This document shows, piece by piece, positions 12,089-23,167 of a stretch of DNA of 64,000 nt. Source of the DNA: Peribolospora baueri (lineage: Eukaryota). Location: NCBI GenBank assembly GCA_029717555.1, contig JAMDHS010000057.1, positions 1 through 64,000 of the forward strand. The letters run 5' to 3'. The translations under genes and the position numbers were made by a program. The notes beneath the pieces were generated by a model. The model was not told the DNA's origin. It saw only the letters and a list, made by a program, of their open reading frames with translations, and searched no databases. The first letter of the stretch is position 1. Each line of letters starts with the position of its first letter.

Positions 12089-13495
12089 TCAAACGCAGCG
12101 TCCGCCGTCCACTTCGAGGCTGTCACCCGAGCAAAACGGCAGGTAGGTCGTCGAGATCAGCTCTCGGCGGCAACTCGGCGCTCGGCTGCAGTACGGACGC
12201 TCCTGGGTGATCCGCCGGCAAGAAGAAAGGACGACGAGAGATGGGGGTCGAAGAGGCGCACCCCGCCCTCCACTCACTCTGTTCCGGTCACGAACGCGCT
12301 AGCCGGATCGGCGAAGAAGACGGCCGCGTTGGCCACGTCCTCCGGCTCGCTCAGCCGGCCAAGCGGTACGGTGCTCTTGAACGCGTTCAGCTGCGCGTCC
12401 GTCACGGGCACTCCGGGCTTGGATTGGCCGAGGAAGACGGAGAGCCTGCGCGGGGTGAAGTGGCGGGCGTCAGACTACTTGTCCGTGTGTCTTATACCGT
12501 GCCGCCATGACTCACAGAGGCGTGTTGCCAGCGACGGGACAGATGCAGTTGAACCTTGAGATGCGTTTCCTTATCAGCGCGCGCCCCTTCACAAGGGAAG
12601 CCGCGGCGGAAAACCGGCTCACCGAATCTGGTCCTTTGCGTATTCGAGTGCCATGGCCTTGCTGGCCGTCGACACGGCCGCTTTGGTGGCGCAATACCAC
12701 GTCAAGCCCGAACGCGGACGGATGGCGGCCGTCGAGCTGACGGTGATGAAAGAGCCGCCCTTGCCCTGGGATTGAAAGTAGGGGACGATGACTTGGCTCG
12801 ATAGATAGATGGACTGCAGGGGGGCAACGGGTCGAGGGCGATGAATCCGGATGGACGATCCGTCGACGTGCTCTCATCCACATCCCATCCCTCCGCCCAC
12901 CTTGACGTTGACGTCGAAGACTTTGTCGAATTCCGCCTCGGTCACATGTCCGGTCGGCTTGTTGGGATACGTCCAGCCGGCATTGTTGACCTGAAAAGCG
13001 ATTTCGAATGATGTGAGTGCGCTGACTTTTGGGCGCCATGATGCGTTTCGAAAGACGGACGGCTCACGACCACATCCAGCCGACCCCACCGCTCCTTGCA
13101 CTCCTCCAACGCCGCCTCCCAGTCGCGGCGGCTGGTCACGTCGGCCTTTCGGAAGACGACGTCGTCGGCCGGGACGCCTGCCGCCGTCGCCGCTTGCTGG
13201 ACCACTTGAGGGCCGAGATCGGAATTGAGATCGAGTGCGAGGACCTTGGAACCTTCGACGGCGAAGCGACGGACGATGCCGGCGCCTGTCAAACAGCGAA
13301 ACGGATGATCAGCTCGCGACGCGATTTGACTTTTGTCCCTAACCACTCACCAAAACCTTGTCCGCCTCCAGTGACGATGGATACCTGGCAGTGGTGAGAG
13401 GCACGGTGAGACGACCTGGCGGACGCGACCTCGCGCTCGTTCTCTCTCTCTCTCTCTCTCTCTCTCACCTGACCGCTGAGTCGACCAGAGCTCAT
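12089..13495 (-). CDS. Short-chain dehydrogenase/reductase (classical SDR, FabG/TsaC-like), multi-exon
   Basis: MSSGRLSGQ|VSIVTGGGQGFG (TGxxxGxG), GRLDVV|VNNAG, WYCATK (YxxxK), RFNCICP, VPLGRLSEPEDVANAAVF, ends LEVDGGRCV*. Confidence 0.92.
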
Positions 13496-13541
13496 TTCTG
13501 GCTATGTGGATGGAGGTGCGTGGCAAAGAAGCAACTCTTGC

Positions 13542-13550
13542 TTTTATATA
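13542..13550 (-). promoter_or_regulatory. TATA box of SDR gene
   Basis: TATATAAAA on minus strand about 50 nt upstream of ATG 13495. Confidence 0.55.
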
Positions 13551-14037
13551 CCTTCCCCGCAACGCATGCGCTCGCCCTCTCGCACGATCTGTTGCGCCGC
13601 CTCTCACGCCGTCCTAAGCAGACCCGCAACGGCTGAACCGGTGCGGGGCCTGCCTGGATGACGAGGGCACACCCAGGAACATTTACACCATGGGCAACCA
13701 TTCGGCGCGACGCTGGGCCGAGCGCATCTCCGGCCATGCGCGCACGCTCCCGGGTGCGGGAAGGAAGCGGAGGGCAGTTGGGAAGGCCGGCCGCAACGGC
13801 CAGCGAATTTAGATGATGATCGGCACCGATTGCGGCTTGACGTTTGCAGACGAAGCTTTGATCACTGGCAATTACAGCCGCCAGACGGTATGAGAGGGGT
13901 CTTATGTAATCATGCCTCTACGTCAAAAGGCGTCCAGACGAGGAGCCCGAATGGGCTCTCCGATACATTGTTCTATGAATGTGCAGCATAACCGGTAACC
14001 CTTGCCTTCCTTCCAATAGGGCGACAAATTCAAAAGA

Positions 14038-15128
14038 TTCGCAACGACTTTTGGCCTAATGGACCGAGCCCAAGCCGCTCTTGGACTAATTGCTCTTTCG
14101 CGATAGTATAGACTGACGTAGATTACTTCGACAAACAGACCGACATAGAGTAGACATGCAGCGGACCGACATAGTGTACACACGCAATGGCCAACACAGA
14201 GTACAAACGGAGCGGTCAAACGGCGGAGGAAGAGGTGGAACGGCGTTCAAGACGGAGAGGCAGCCGACGGCTTGGCTGACGGCGACGACTCGACCCATGC
14301 CAGCACAGAACCGCGTCGCAGCATATTGCTGAGTGAACGCAACGAGGCCGGAAGCTTGATAGTCGAAGAACCGTACGTAAAATAGGGTGGTAAGGAGCGG
14401 GGCGGCGGTGCACGGGTTGGCGGGGCTCGGGGCGGCGGGGCTCAGCTTCACGTCGGGGGACTAGGCCACACAAAGATCCGACAGGGACGAGGAAAGCGGG
14501 GAGCGCGCTATGTTGAGCAGGCCAGCGCTACAAGGGCGCAGATGTTGGACGAGCGCTTCAGCGCCCGCGCCCTTGAGCAATGGCTGACCAAAGTGCTGTC
14601 TGGCGGTGTTAGCGATCGCGATCATCTTCGCGACGCGGGAAGCGTCGAAATGGAGATACATACCCACACCAGCACGCACACGACGGCAAGGGCAAGCAGC
14701 CAGCACTCCGGGTCAGCAAGGAGGGGATGCTCAATTTTTTTCGATTTGCCGAGCTCCCTCAAGCGCCGCCTGTTCGTCGCGACGCAACGGCCACATGACC
14801 CTTGGCACCAAAAGGTCAAGCTGTCCATCCTGTCCTGGTCGGTCGCCTCGAGCGGTTCTGTGCTGGCATGGGTCGAGTCGTCGCCGTCAGCCAAGCCGTC
14901 GGCTGCCTCCCCGTCTTGAACGCCGTTCCACCTCTTCCTCCGCCGTTTGACCGCTCCGTTTGTACTCTGTGTTGGCCATTGCGGGTGTACACTATGTCGG
15001 TCTGCTGCATGTCTACTCTATGTCGGTCTGTTTATCGAAGGAATCTACGTCAGTCTATACTATCGCGAAGGAGCAATTAGTCCAAGAGCGGCTTGGGCTC
15101 AGTCCATTAGGCCAAAAGTCGTTGCGAA
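14038..15128. mobile_element. Foldback / non-autonomous TIR DNA transposon-like element (277-bp inverted arms, 537-bp spacer)
   Basis: 14038-14314 is the reverse complement of 14852-15128 with 7 substitutions and no indels by manual comparison; internal direct repeat GACCGACATAG in each arm; no clear TSD or intact transposase. Confidence 0.75.
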
Positions 15129-15487
15129 ATTTACTAGAAAACATAAACGAATATAATATATAAGGGGATGTGTACGAGTAAGGCAGATACAAGTGTGCAG
15201 CAGGTTTGTCACGCGCGAGGACTTTGTACGAGCCAGTGCGCGGCTGCTCAACTTTCGAATGTAGGAATCCAAGGTCTTCCCTCACGCACACGTCTGGGAC
15301 GGCACGTGAGCGCTCAGTGGTCTACTTACGTGCGCGATCGGTTCGAGGGAGCGGGGTTTGGTTCATTAACGAGGCACTGCTGGGCCGCAGTTGCGGGCAC
15401 GAGCGGCGTCCGGCGCACGTGCGAGCTCCTACATTCCTTCTTACATGGCGACCTGGCCGTCTTCGAACCCGACCTCCATCTCTCGCC

Positions 15488-16422
15488 ATGGCTGCTTACC
15501 CCAAGTTCACGCCGGACGACCAGCTAGACCTGCTGTTCCCCGCGGACATCGTCCCCTCGGAGCTCAGGGAGGGCCTGCCGGACGATCTGCACGTACGTGT
15601 CCAGACGCGGAAGTGACGGCCGAGAAAGCGCTGACGGACCGCCGGCCGCCGCCCCCTTCCAGATCCGTCCGCTGGCGTCGACAGACTACTCGCGCGGACA
15701 CCTGGACGTGCTGTCCGTGCTCACGACCGTCGCGGACGTCGGGGAGGAGACGTGGCGGCAGCGCTTTGAGCAGCTCAAGCTCGTGCGCGGCACGTACTTC
15801 TGCCTGGTGATCGTGAACAAGGCGGAGGACCGCATCGTCGCCACGGGCACCGTCATGCTCGAGTGCAAGTTCATTCGCTCCTGCGGCCTCTGCGGGCACA
15901 TCGAGGACATTGCGGTGGACAGTACGATGCAGGGTAAGAAGCTGGGCAGGCGCATCATCGACGCGCTCACCGCCGTGAGCGAGAGGCTGGGGGCGTACAA
16001 GACCATTTTGGACTGCTCTCAGGACAACGTCCGTGAGTGCGGTGCGGGCGATCGGGGAAAGAGGGCGGCAGAGTGGCTCATGCATCCTTCCATCTCACCG
16101 TCGAGCAGCGTTTTATAAGAAATGCGGGTGAGTACGCATGAACGGGCCTCATCGTCCCGCGATGCGGCTTGCAACTGACCCTCCCCGCCCGTTTCGTCTG
16201 CGCCCCGTCAGATACGATCTCAAGGGTGCCCAAATGGTTAAGTCCGCGCGGCGTCGCTCGTCATGCGCGCTCGAGTCGAGTCTGACGACGTCGTATTTCG
16301 GATTCGGTTTGCAGGCCAAATACATCCCCGAACGCGTCGAAAAGCAGGTCGAGGAGGCGATCGCGTCGCCCACATCCAGGCAGGCCGCCCAGTTTCTCCG
16401 AAACGGCGACTACGGCCTGTGA
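15488..16422 (+). CDS. GNA1: Glucosamine-6-phosphate N-acetyltransferase (GNAT), multi-exon
   Basis: LFPADIVPSELREGLP..H|IRPLASTDYSRGHLDVLSVLT, ECKFIRSCGLCGHIEDIAVDSTMQGKKLG, YKTILDCS, FYKKCG. Confidence 0.95.
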
Positions 16423-16547
16423 ACCGTGATACATCGGGTCCCCTACCCGTTCATCTTTCTCTTCTCCGCAACCCGCATCGTACGGGTATAGACATTCTAA
16501 CGTAGACGGCACCCTGTAGCTAAATTAATACCAACTGCCGCGTAGAG

Positions 16548-18607
16548 TCAGACCAAGTCCCAGCTGTCGTCCTCTGGCCCCGCCTCGGCCGAGTGTCGGG
16601 CGCGCGGCTTGGCCGCCTCGGAGGACGCTCCCGGCTCTCGTCCGGTGCTCGTCCCCATCGACCTCGCCGAAGCGCCGCCCCGCGTCCTGAGCGCAGCTTC
16701 GTGGGATTGGAGGAGCTGGTAAAAGTCGAGCGTGGCGAAAGTTTGGTCTGGAATGTGCGATGACGAGTAGATGGTCGCGTGGGACCGACTGAGGCGGCGT
16801 CGCAAGAGAAGATCCAGGGTCGGTGCCATCCGTCAGCCAAAGCGTCCGACATCGACGAAGACACGGCGGCGAGCGAGGCCTGCGCAGGGCTTACCTTCCC
16901 AGTCCGGGACTGTCGATCGCTGCAGCGAGACCCCTGAGAGCCTCTCCGGCCCCATTCAAGCCGACTGCGACACCCTGCGTGTGTGCGAGGTACGCGATAT
17001 CGTAGGCGAGCATCACCAAAGCTGTCTGGAAGGCCCGGGCGGACGCCACGCCTGACGAAGCGGGCGCCGGCGCGACGTCGTCGCCGGTTGAGGTGCCGCT
17101 GGCCGGGTCGCTGGTGGCACCTTGCACCGAAGGCCCGGAGGAGGAACGTCGGCCTGCTTTGCTGCCGTCTGATCTGCCGCCGAGTGAGAATGGCAAAGAG
17201 GGAAGGGCCGCCAAGGGAGACGCTGTCGGGAGCGAGATCAAGCGCGGCATCGTGCTCGAGCGAGACGGGTTCGTCGCTTCCGTGGGACTCGCGGCGCTGG
17301 CGAGCCGACTGGCCTCTGCTGAGGTGGATGAAGAAGACGCTGCCGCAAAGGCGGACGAAGAAAGGTAGAGAGGCTGTTTCGTGGTAGTCCTGATGGACGC
17401 GAATGAAGATGGCGGTCAATGACGAATGCAAACTTTTGCTCGATACCGTTAACGAACGGTCAACCCACTTGCTCCACGCGCTGGCCGGAGAAGGGCGTAT
17501 GCTCGACCTCACGCTGGTGTGGATAACGAAAGGTAGCTTGATGCCAAGATAGTTGGTAAGCAAACTGAGCAGATGAACGGTGTGGCCCACGGCAGCGTTC
17601 GTTTGCTCTCGTGAAAACCCTGAGTCGAAGCGGAACGAGAAGGGTGTCAGCGTGCGAACGCCACTGACAACAAGTGATAGACGATGAGCTCACGTCGAAA
17701 GTCGCCAGGCACTGGTAGAACTACACCCGCGATGCCCCAATCCACCACTTGAGCAACAGCCGCTGCCGGTGTGAGCACGTCGCCACGATCATAAGAGACC
17801 GTCCCATGACCGCTCCTTCTACTTCGGGGCGTCCGCGGTGGTACGGGGCGCACGTCAAATATACTAAAGGCCTCCCTAGCCAATATGGCTCGCGATCTGG
17901 CCAACGAAACGACGACGATCAGCTCAAGGCTGTTCAGATCCGGCGTCCACCGCCGCTCACCTAGCCAGCTCCTCCGCTATCTCCTGGGCCCTCGTCCTCA
18001 CGCTCTCCACCGTTTTCCTGTTCGCTTCGTTTTCCGCATCCCACTCTTCTGCAGCGACCCTGCGTGCCACTTCAAGGTTCCTACGACGGCGATCCAGAAG
18101 AGCGCGCCGCTTATCCCGCTTCGCCACGCCCGTTTCCACCTCTGCTCGGGCGGCCACCAGACCTCGCCTTGTCTCGGCGATGGCAGATTCCAGTCGGAAA
18201 GATTCGGCACGAGAGCGACGGAGACCGTGCGAGACGGATGATGGAAATGAGGGCGCCTGCGTACTTCTCCCGTCCCCGTCGACTTCATGTCCGGAAGCGG
18301 CGCTGCTCCGACCGCCGGACTCTTCCGCCGTGTCCTTCAATAAACTCGTGCACCGATCCGCCGCCTCCCTGCCTTGCTTCCTGAGCCTCCTCATTTGCCC
18401 ATAGTACACAACCAACTTGTCGCTCAGGCACGAAGGACAGTAGAACTTGCGGTGGACGATCTTGCATTGCGGGCACGCCGCCTGTGCGTCCGAAGAGGAG
18501 GTGGCGGCGGCGGCGCTCGCGGACTGGGGCGAGGATGCCTTGGTCCTCCGAGAAGGAAGGAGATGTGGCCCGCGGCCACCAGATGCACCTGTGCGTGGAG
18601 CATTCAT
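16548..18607 (-). CDS. ATG14: Atg14/UVRAG(Vps38)-family PI3K complex subunit
   Basis: N-terminal CPQC...CPSC, long coiled coil, LGHTVHLLSLLTNYLGIKLPF, FQTALVMLAYDIAYLAHTQGV, SPGLGR|SH; ends DDSWDLV*. Atg14 preferred over Vps38 because of the N-terminal Cys pairs. Confidence 0.8.
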
Positions 18608-19130
18608 GTTGCGGGAATCCTTTGGCTTGGCGAATGAGGCATGATCTTGGAGATGGAGGTGCGGTTCAATAGTGCACTCGGGAGACGGGGCATTGTCCAA
18701 CTCGCTGCGGCCGATCGAGCGTCCGATCAAGTCAGCAGAGCCGACTCCATGATCTGTGGCCATTCGTCGCGATTGGGGCGCCCGATTGAGCCAAGTCTTC
18801 ATCCCTCGCGCCCTACAGCCATCACGACTGTTCGCTCTGGTGTGAACGGAGTCTCCCGCGTTCAAGCACAGCAACGCCCCTGGACTAGACTGTCGCCGAT
18901 TCTCCCCGTTGAGGATAAAGCAAGACAAGGCGAGCCCGTGTACTGCCTTTTCTTCCAAAATAAAATACATGATCCAAGGAAACTACAGAAGCATTGGGGA
19001 AAACGCAGGTATCATAAACAAAGGCTTATTCGATCCCCGTCGAAGTATGCACATGAAGGCGCAGAAAAGGTCTGGCGACGGACTGTCAGCGGGTCGGTCG
19101 GTGACGACGACAAGCATGGCGTGAGTCCGT

Positions 19131-20560
19131 CTAGGATGTGATGGAGCCCAGGACCTTGAGAGCGAGGGCCTTGAGGATCTGCAGTCACGAATCAGAGAGC
19201 GAGGGCGTAGGGAAAGAAGGGAAGCCGTGCCAAAGAGGCCGATAGCATTGAATAAGCCAGCAGCCGCATATGGCGGAGAGAACGGGCCATGCTCACCTCC
19301 GCCCGCTGGCCAGCCTCGAGGTTGACGAACACCTGAGCAACGCTCTTTCCCTTGGCATCGCGAATGGCTCCCATCTTTCGGGTACAAAATACCGCAAGGA
19401 GGGCAGTCAAAAAAGTGCGGCAAAAATAGAAGGGTGAGATGGGCAACGGTTACAATCGCAAGGACAGATGGTCCACGTACCCTGTTGCCAAGGACCGAAC
19501 CGCCGATGGCACCGGGGACGTTGGCAAGAATAAAGCCTAGGGCCTTGGAAGTACGATGTGAAGATAACAAAAGGTAGATGAGCAGAGGTTCCCGGAAAGG
19601 GACGAATAAGATGAAGACGAAGCACTTACCCCACCGGCGGCCGTGCCCACCCACTTCCAGACGGGAACGACACGCTGCACTTCCGGCCGAAGGAGTCTGG
19701 ATAGGGAAGTAAAATGATGATGAGTACACGGAAAGAACACGACCATACGCCTCCTTCATCGATATTTCCGAGCCACTCACTCCTCGAACACGTCCCCGAA
19801 CACGGTGTTGGCGTCCGGCTCAGGCTCCCTCGCATCAGGACGGCCCCCCTCGGCTGAAGAAGACGCGCCAGCGGCCGCAGTTGAGCCAAAGAGGCCGCTA
19901 AAGAACTGCCAAGCGGAAGCCGGGTCCGAGGTAGGGTCAAAGTCCTCAAACGCCGAACGGGGCTGGTTGGCGCGGATGTCGTCGTACTCCCGTCTGCGCC
20001 CCGGGTCGGACAGAACGTAGAAAGCGTCGGAGAGCGCCTGGAAGCGCTCCGTCTTTTGCTTCTTCTCAAAGGCGGACGCGTTTGGGAAGCGGTCCGGGTG
20101 GGTGCGCAGAGATTCTCGTTTGCTGTGCGACGGATCCCAAGAAAAGTACAAGCAGACTGAGGTCAGCGGTACGTCCGATCCGACAAAGCGACTCCTGCTT
20201 GACAACTCACTATGCAGTCCTAATCTCCTCGCTGTGGAACGGGGATCCAGTAGGGCAATGGAGACAACGTGGGAGAATGTGGTCAGTGGCGTCGTCAAAA
20301 CAGACCATAAAGAGACGCCGGAGGTGAGACTCACGCAGTCGCCGCTGTTTTTTAATGGGGTTAAACGGGAAGCGCAAATAAGAGAGGGGCGAGCCTTCAG
20401 GTGAGCATATATTCAAAATCCAGTGAAGCCCCGCTACCATCGCGGCCCTCGCCTCTAGCCCCAGCCTCGGGGCTCACGGAAGGCCGTCCGGCGCCGAATG
20501 AACGAGAGACTCACACTCCTGTACGCCCAAAACCTTGTAATAGTCCGGGAACTTTTCCAT
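19131..20560 (-). CDS. J-domain (DnaJ) protein with C-terminal glycine-rich hydrophobic segment; includes 10-nt and 21-nt micro-exons
   Basis: MEKFPDYYKVLGVQES|ATA|EEIRTAY|KRESLRTHPDRFP...FQALSDAFYVLSDPGRRREYD; C-terminus GTAAGGALGFILANVPGAIGGSVLGNRMGAIRDAKGKSV...ILKALALKVLGSITS*. Confidence 0.9.
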
Positions 20561-20898
20561 GTCCGACGATGCTGACTGCCAAGTGTTGGAGGTGGGTCTC
20601 TCGGATGAGGAGTGATGAGGATGTGCTCGTGCTGACAAGGCGCAAGATGATCAAAGCACTCACTGCTCGATCGACAAGTGCGGTGGGTGCGTAACGGAAG
20701 CAAGCTGATTCCGGCCGCAGCAACGTCACCGCCTGACGCAACTGACACTCGCCGCCACCGGCTGCGGCATTCGTCCGGCCGCGGCGCTGGCTCGATAGGG
20801 TGGGTGATATCTAGCTCGACGAGCGCCACCCCGTCTTGGCTCACACCCGATCCCTCCTTCGCCGCCACCTTCACGTCCACTGCTTGCGCACGCACACA

Positions 20899-21692
20899 AT
20901 GGTTCGCGCTTCAGGTGCGTATGCCTTTTTTCCTGTCGTCATAGCCAGGAGCGAGACGCCATCGACGGCGAGAGCTCGGCATTGCGCTTATCTTATCAGC
21001 CGGTGCATCCCGCAGACATCGTCCTCATCCTCGTCGCCATCCTCTTCCCACCGGCCGCGGCGGCCTTTATCACCGGCTGCTCTTGTGACCTTCTGAGTAA
21101 GTGGTACGGCTGGGCTCGATCTTTGGGATGGGATGTGCTTCTTCCCGCATTGCCGCGGATGATATGTTATCGTCTGCGCTGTCTCGGCTGACGACTTCAA
21201 CCTCTCTATTTTGTCGTTTGTCACACCAGTTAACATTCTCCTAACCATTCTGGGCTACCTTCCTGGCCACAGTGAGTGTGTGGTTTGTAATGTGCGTACA
21301 CGGACGTGAGGCACAGACTGATCTCTACTTGTCGTGGCTGCCGTCGCCATTACGTCCGGTCTCAGTTCACGCGTGAGTCGAGATGCAGACGGTGTGCCTC
21401 GGTTTCGTTGGTTTGATTTTAATGCCCTCCGCATGGATTTTTATATCACGTTCCAGCTTCTATCTCATTTACAAGAAGGTGAGTGTCTCGCGGTGGACCG
21501 CACGACGGGCCGCATCGCTCACGCCTCCCGTTCGTCCTTCATCACCTTTTTGTCGCCCGGCAGATGCAAGCTGAGGAGAAATACGGGCTTGGCGGATTCA
21601 AGTACGTCGGAAACGGAGAGTACGTCGCCATCGAAGGCGGCCAGCAGCCGCATCCGCACCCGCAGCCTCCCAGCTATGGCGCCATATACTGA
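20899..21692 (+). CDS. Pmp3/UPF0057 (Sna-like) proteolipid with C-terminal PPSY; 7-nt micro-exon
   Basis: DIVLILVAILFPPAAAAFITGCSCDLL|INILLTILGYLPGH|IHA|FYLIYKK|MQAEEKYG...QPPSYGAIY*. Confidence 0.9.
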
Positions 21693-22478
21693 AGGGTTGT
21701 GGACTTCGGCCAGCGAATGAGCGCCGGTCGAGCGCGACGTATCGGTTCAGCTCACCGTCACCGTCGCCAGTGTGCCGGGGCCCATGGGACATGCATGGTC
21801 CAGGTTCAGCTTGGGGAAATATTTCTCGAACCTCGAACCCCTCTCCAATCCACCTTTGGTCCTCACCAGACCAGATTCACCGCCGAGCCTGCGTCCTGCG
21901 TCGTCTGCGTCGTCTGTGACTGCATCCGCCTTGGCTATCTACATCCTCATCCCCGCTCGTCATCCTCATCAGCGTCGTCATCGTCCTCGTTGTCGTCCTC
22001 ATCTGTCGCCGCCATGTTGAACACAGGTCCACCACGTCATCGGAAAGCGCCGTCTCTGTTTCGAGTCTCGCTCACGATTGATCACGCTTCGCACCGGGCC
22101 CCTCTCCTCTTTCCTGCTCTGTTCTGCTCTTTTCTGTTTGCTCGGCGCGTTCGTAAAAGAATGCCGCCATCCGATAGCCCCACACTGCACTCCACTCAGC
22201 CGTTGCACCTCGCCCTCCTTCACGAGAGGGAGGGAGAGAGGGGAGCGGCATCCGTCTCACTTTCATTGGCGTATTCCATCATTTTTATCGGGCCAAGAAG
22301 ACAAGGCATGACAAACCAACGCGTGCGCATGCGACGAACGACCAACGAAATGAAGCAAGCAAGACGGACATTTTCCAGCTGTCCTTTTCGGATGGAGGAC
22401 GTGGATCGTTCACAGGAAGCAGAGGGAAGAGGTGCGAAGGGAGGGGGGAGAGGGGGGAGCGGGATCGAAGCGGTGCGT

Positions 22479-23132
22479 TTACTGCTTGCCCCACACCTCC
22501 TCGGCGACCTCGACGCAGAAGCGGAGCTTGGCCTGCAAAAGGTTGAAAAGGAAAAGAAAAGAAGAAAGGAGTGTAAAAAAGACAGTTTAGAGTCGTCGTC
22601 GCTTCGCGGACGGACAGACGGACGGGGGGGTGACCGTGTCTGCTACTCACCCACTGCTCCTCCTCGGTGATGTCGTTGCCGTGCACGGTAGAGCTAAACC
22701 CGCACTGGGGGGACAGGGAGAGTTGCTTGAGACCGTCGGGGACGTAAGTGGCCGCGTCCTTGATCTTGGACACAATCTGCGCCTTGTCCTCCAAAGCGCC
22801 GACCTTGGACGAAACGAGACCGAGGACGACAGTCTTGTTGGGAGGAAGGTGGCGGAGGGCGGAAAAGTCCTTGCCGGAACGCTCGTTTTCCCATTCGAGG
22901 AAGAAGCAGTCCACATCGAGTTCCTTGAACATGACCTCGGCAATCCTGAAGTGCGGGCCGGCGGCAAGGAAAGGAAGGAAGGAGGGTGATTGCGAGTGAG
23001 CTCCGGCTTGCCCCGTTTTGATTCCGGTCCCCAAAGATGCGATTCCAGCGCCGCGCTTACGGGTTGTAGCCCTCCTCGCTGCCCTGAGCGAAGAACTGCG
23101 AGCGGAAGTTGCCCTTGCTGTAGGACAAAAAG

Positions 23133-23167
<35 letters not shown>

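Noticed and set aside
23133..23165. Long A/T homopolymers (also near 2530, 7030, 27780, 35830, 41040) as retroposon tails
   Set aside because: Mostly intronic U-tracts on the sense strand; no element body or TSD.
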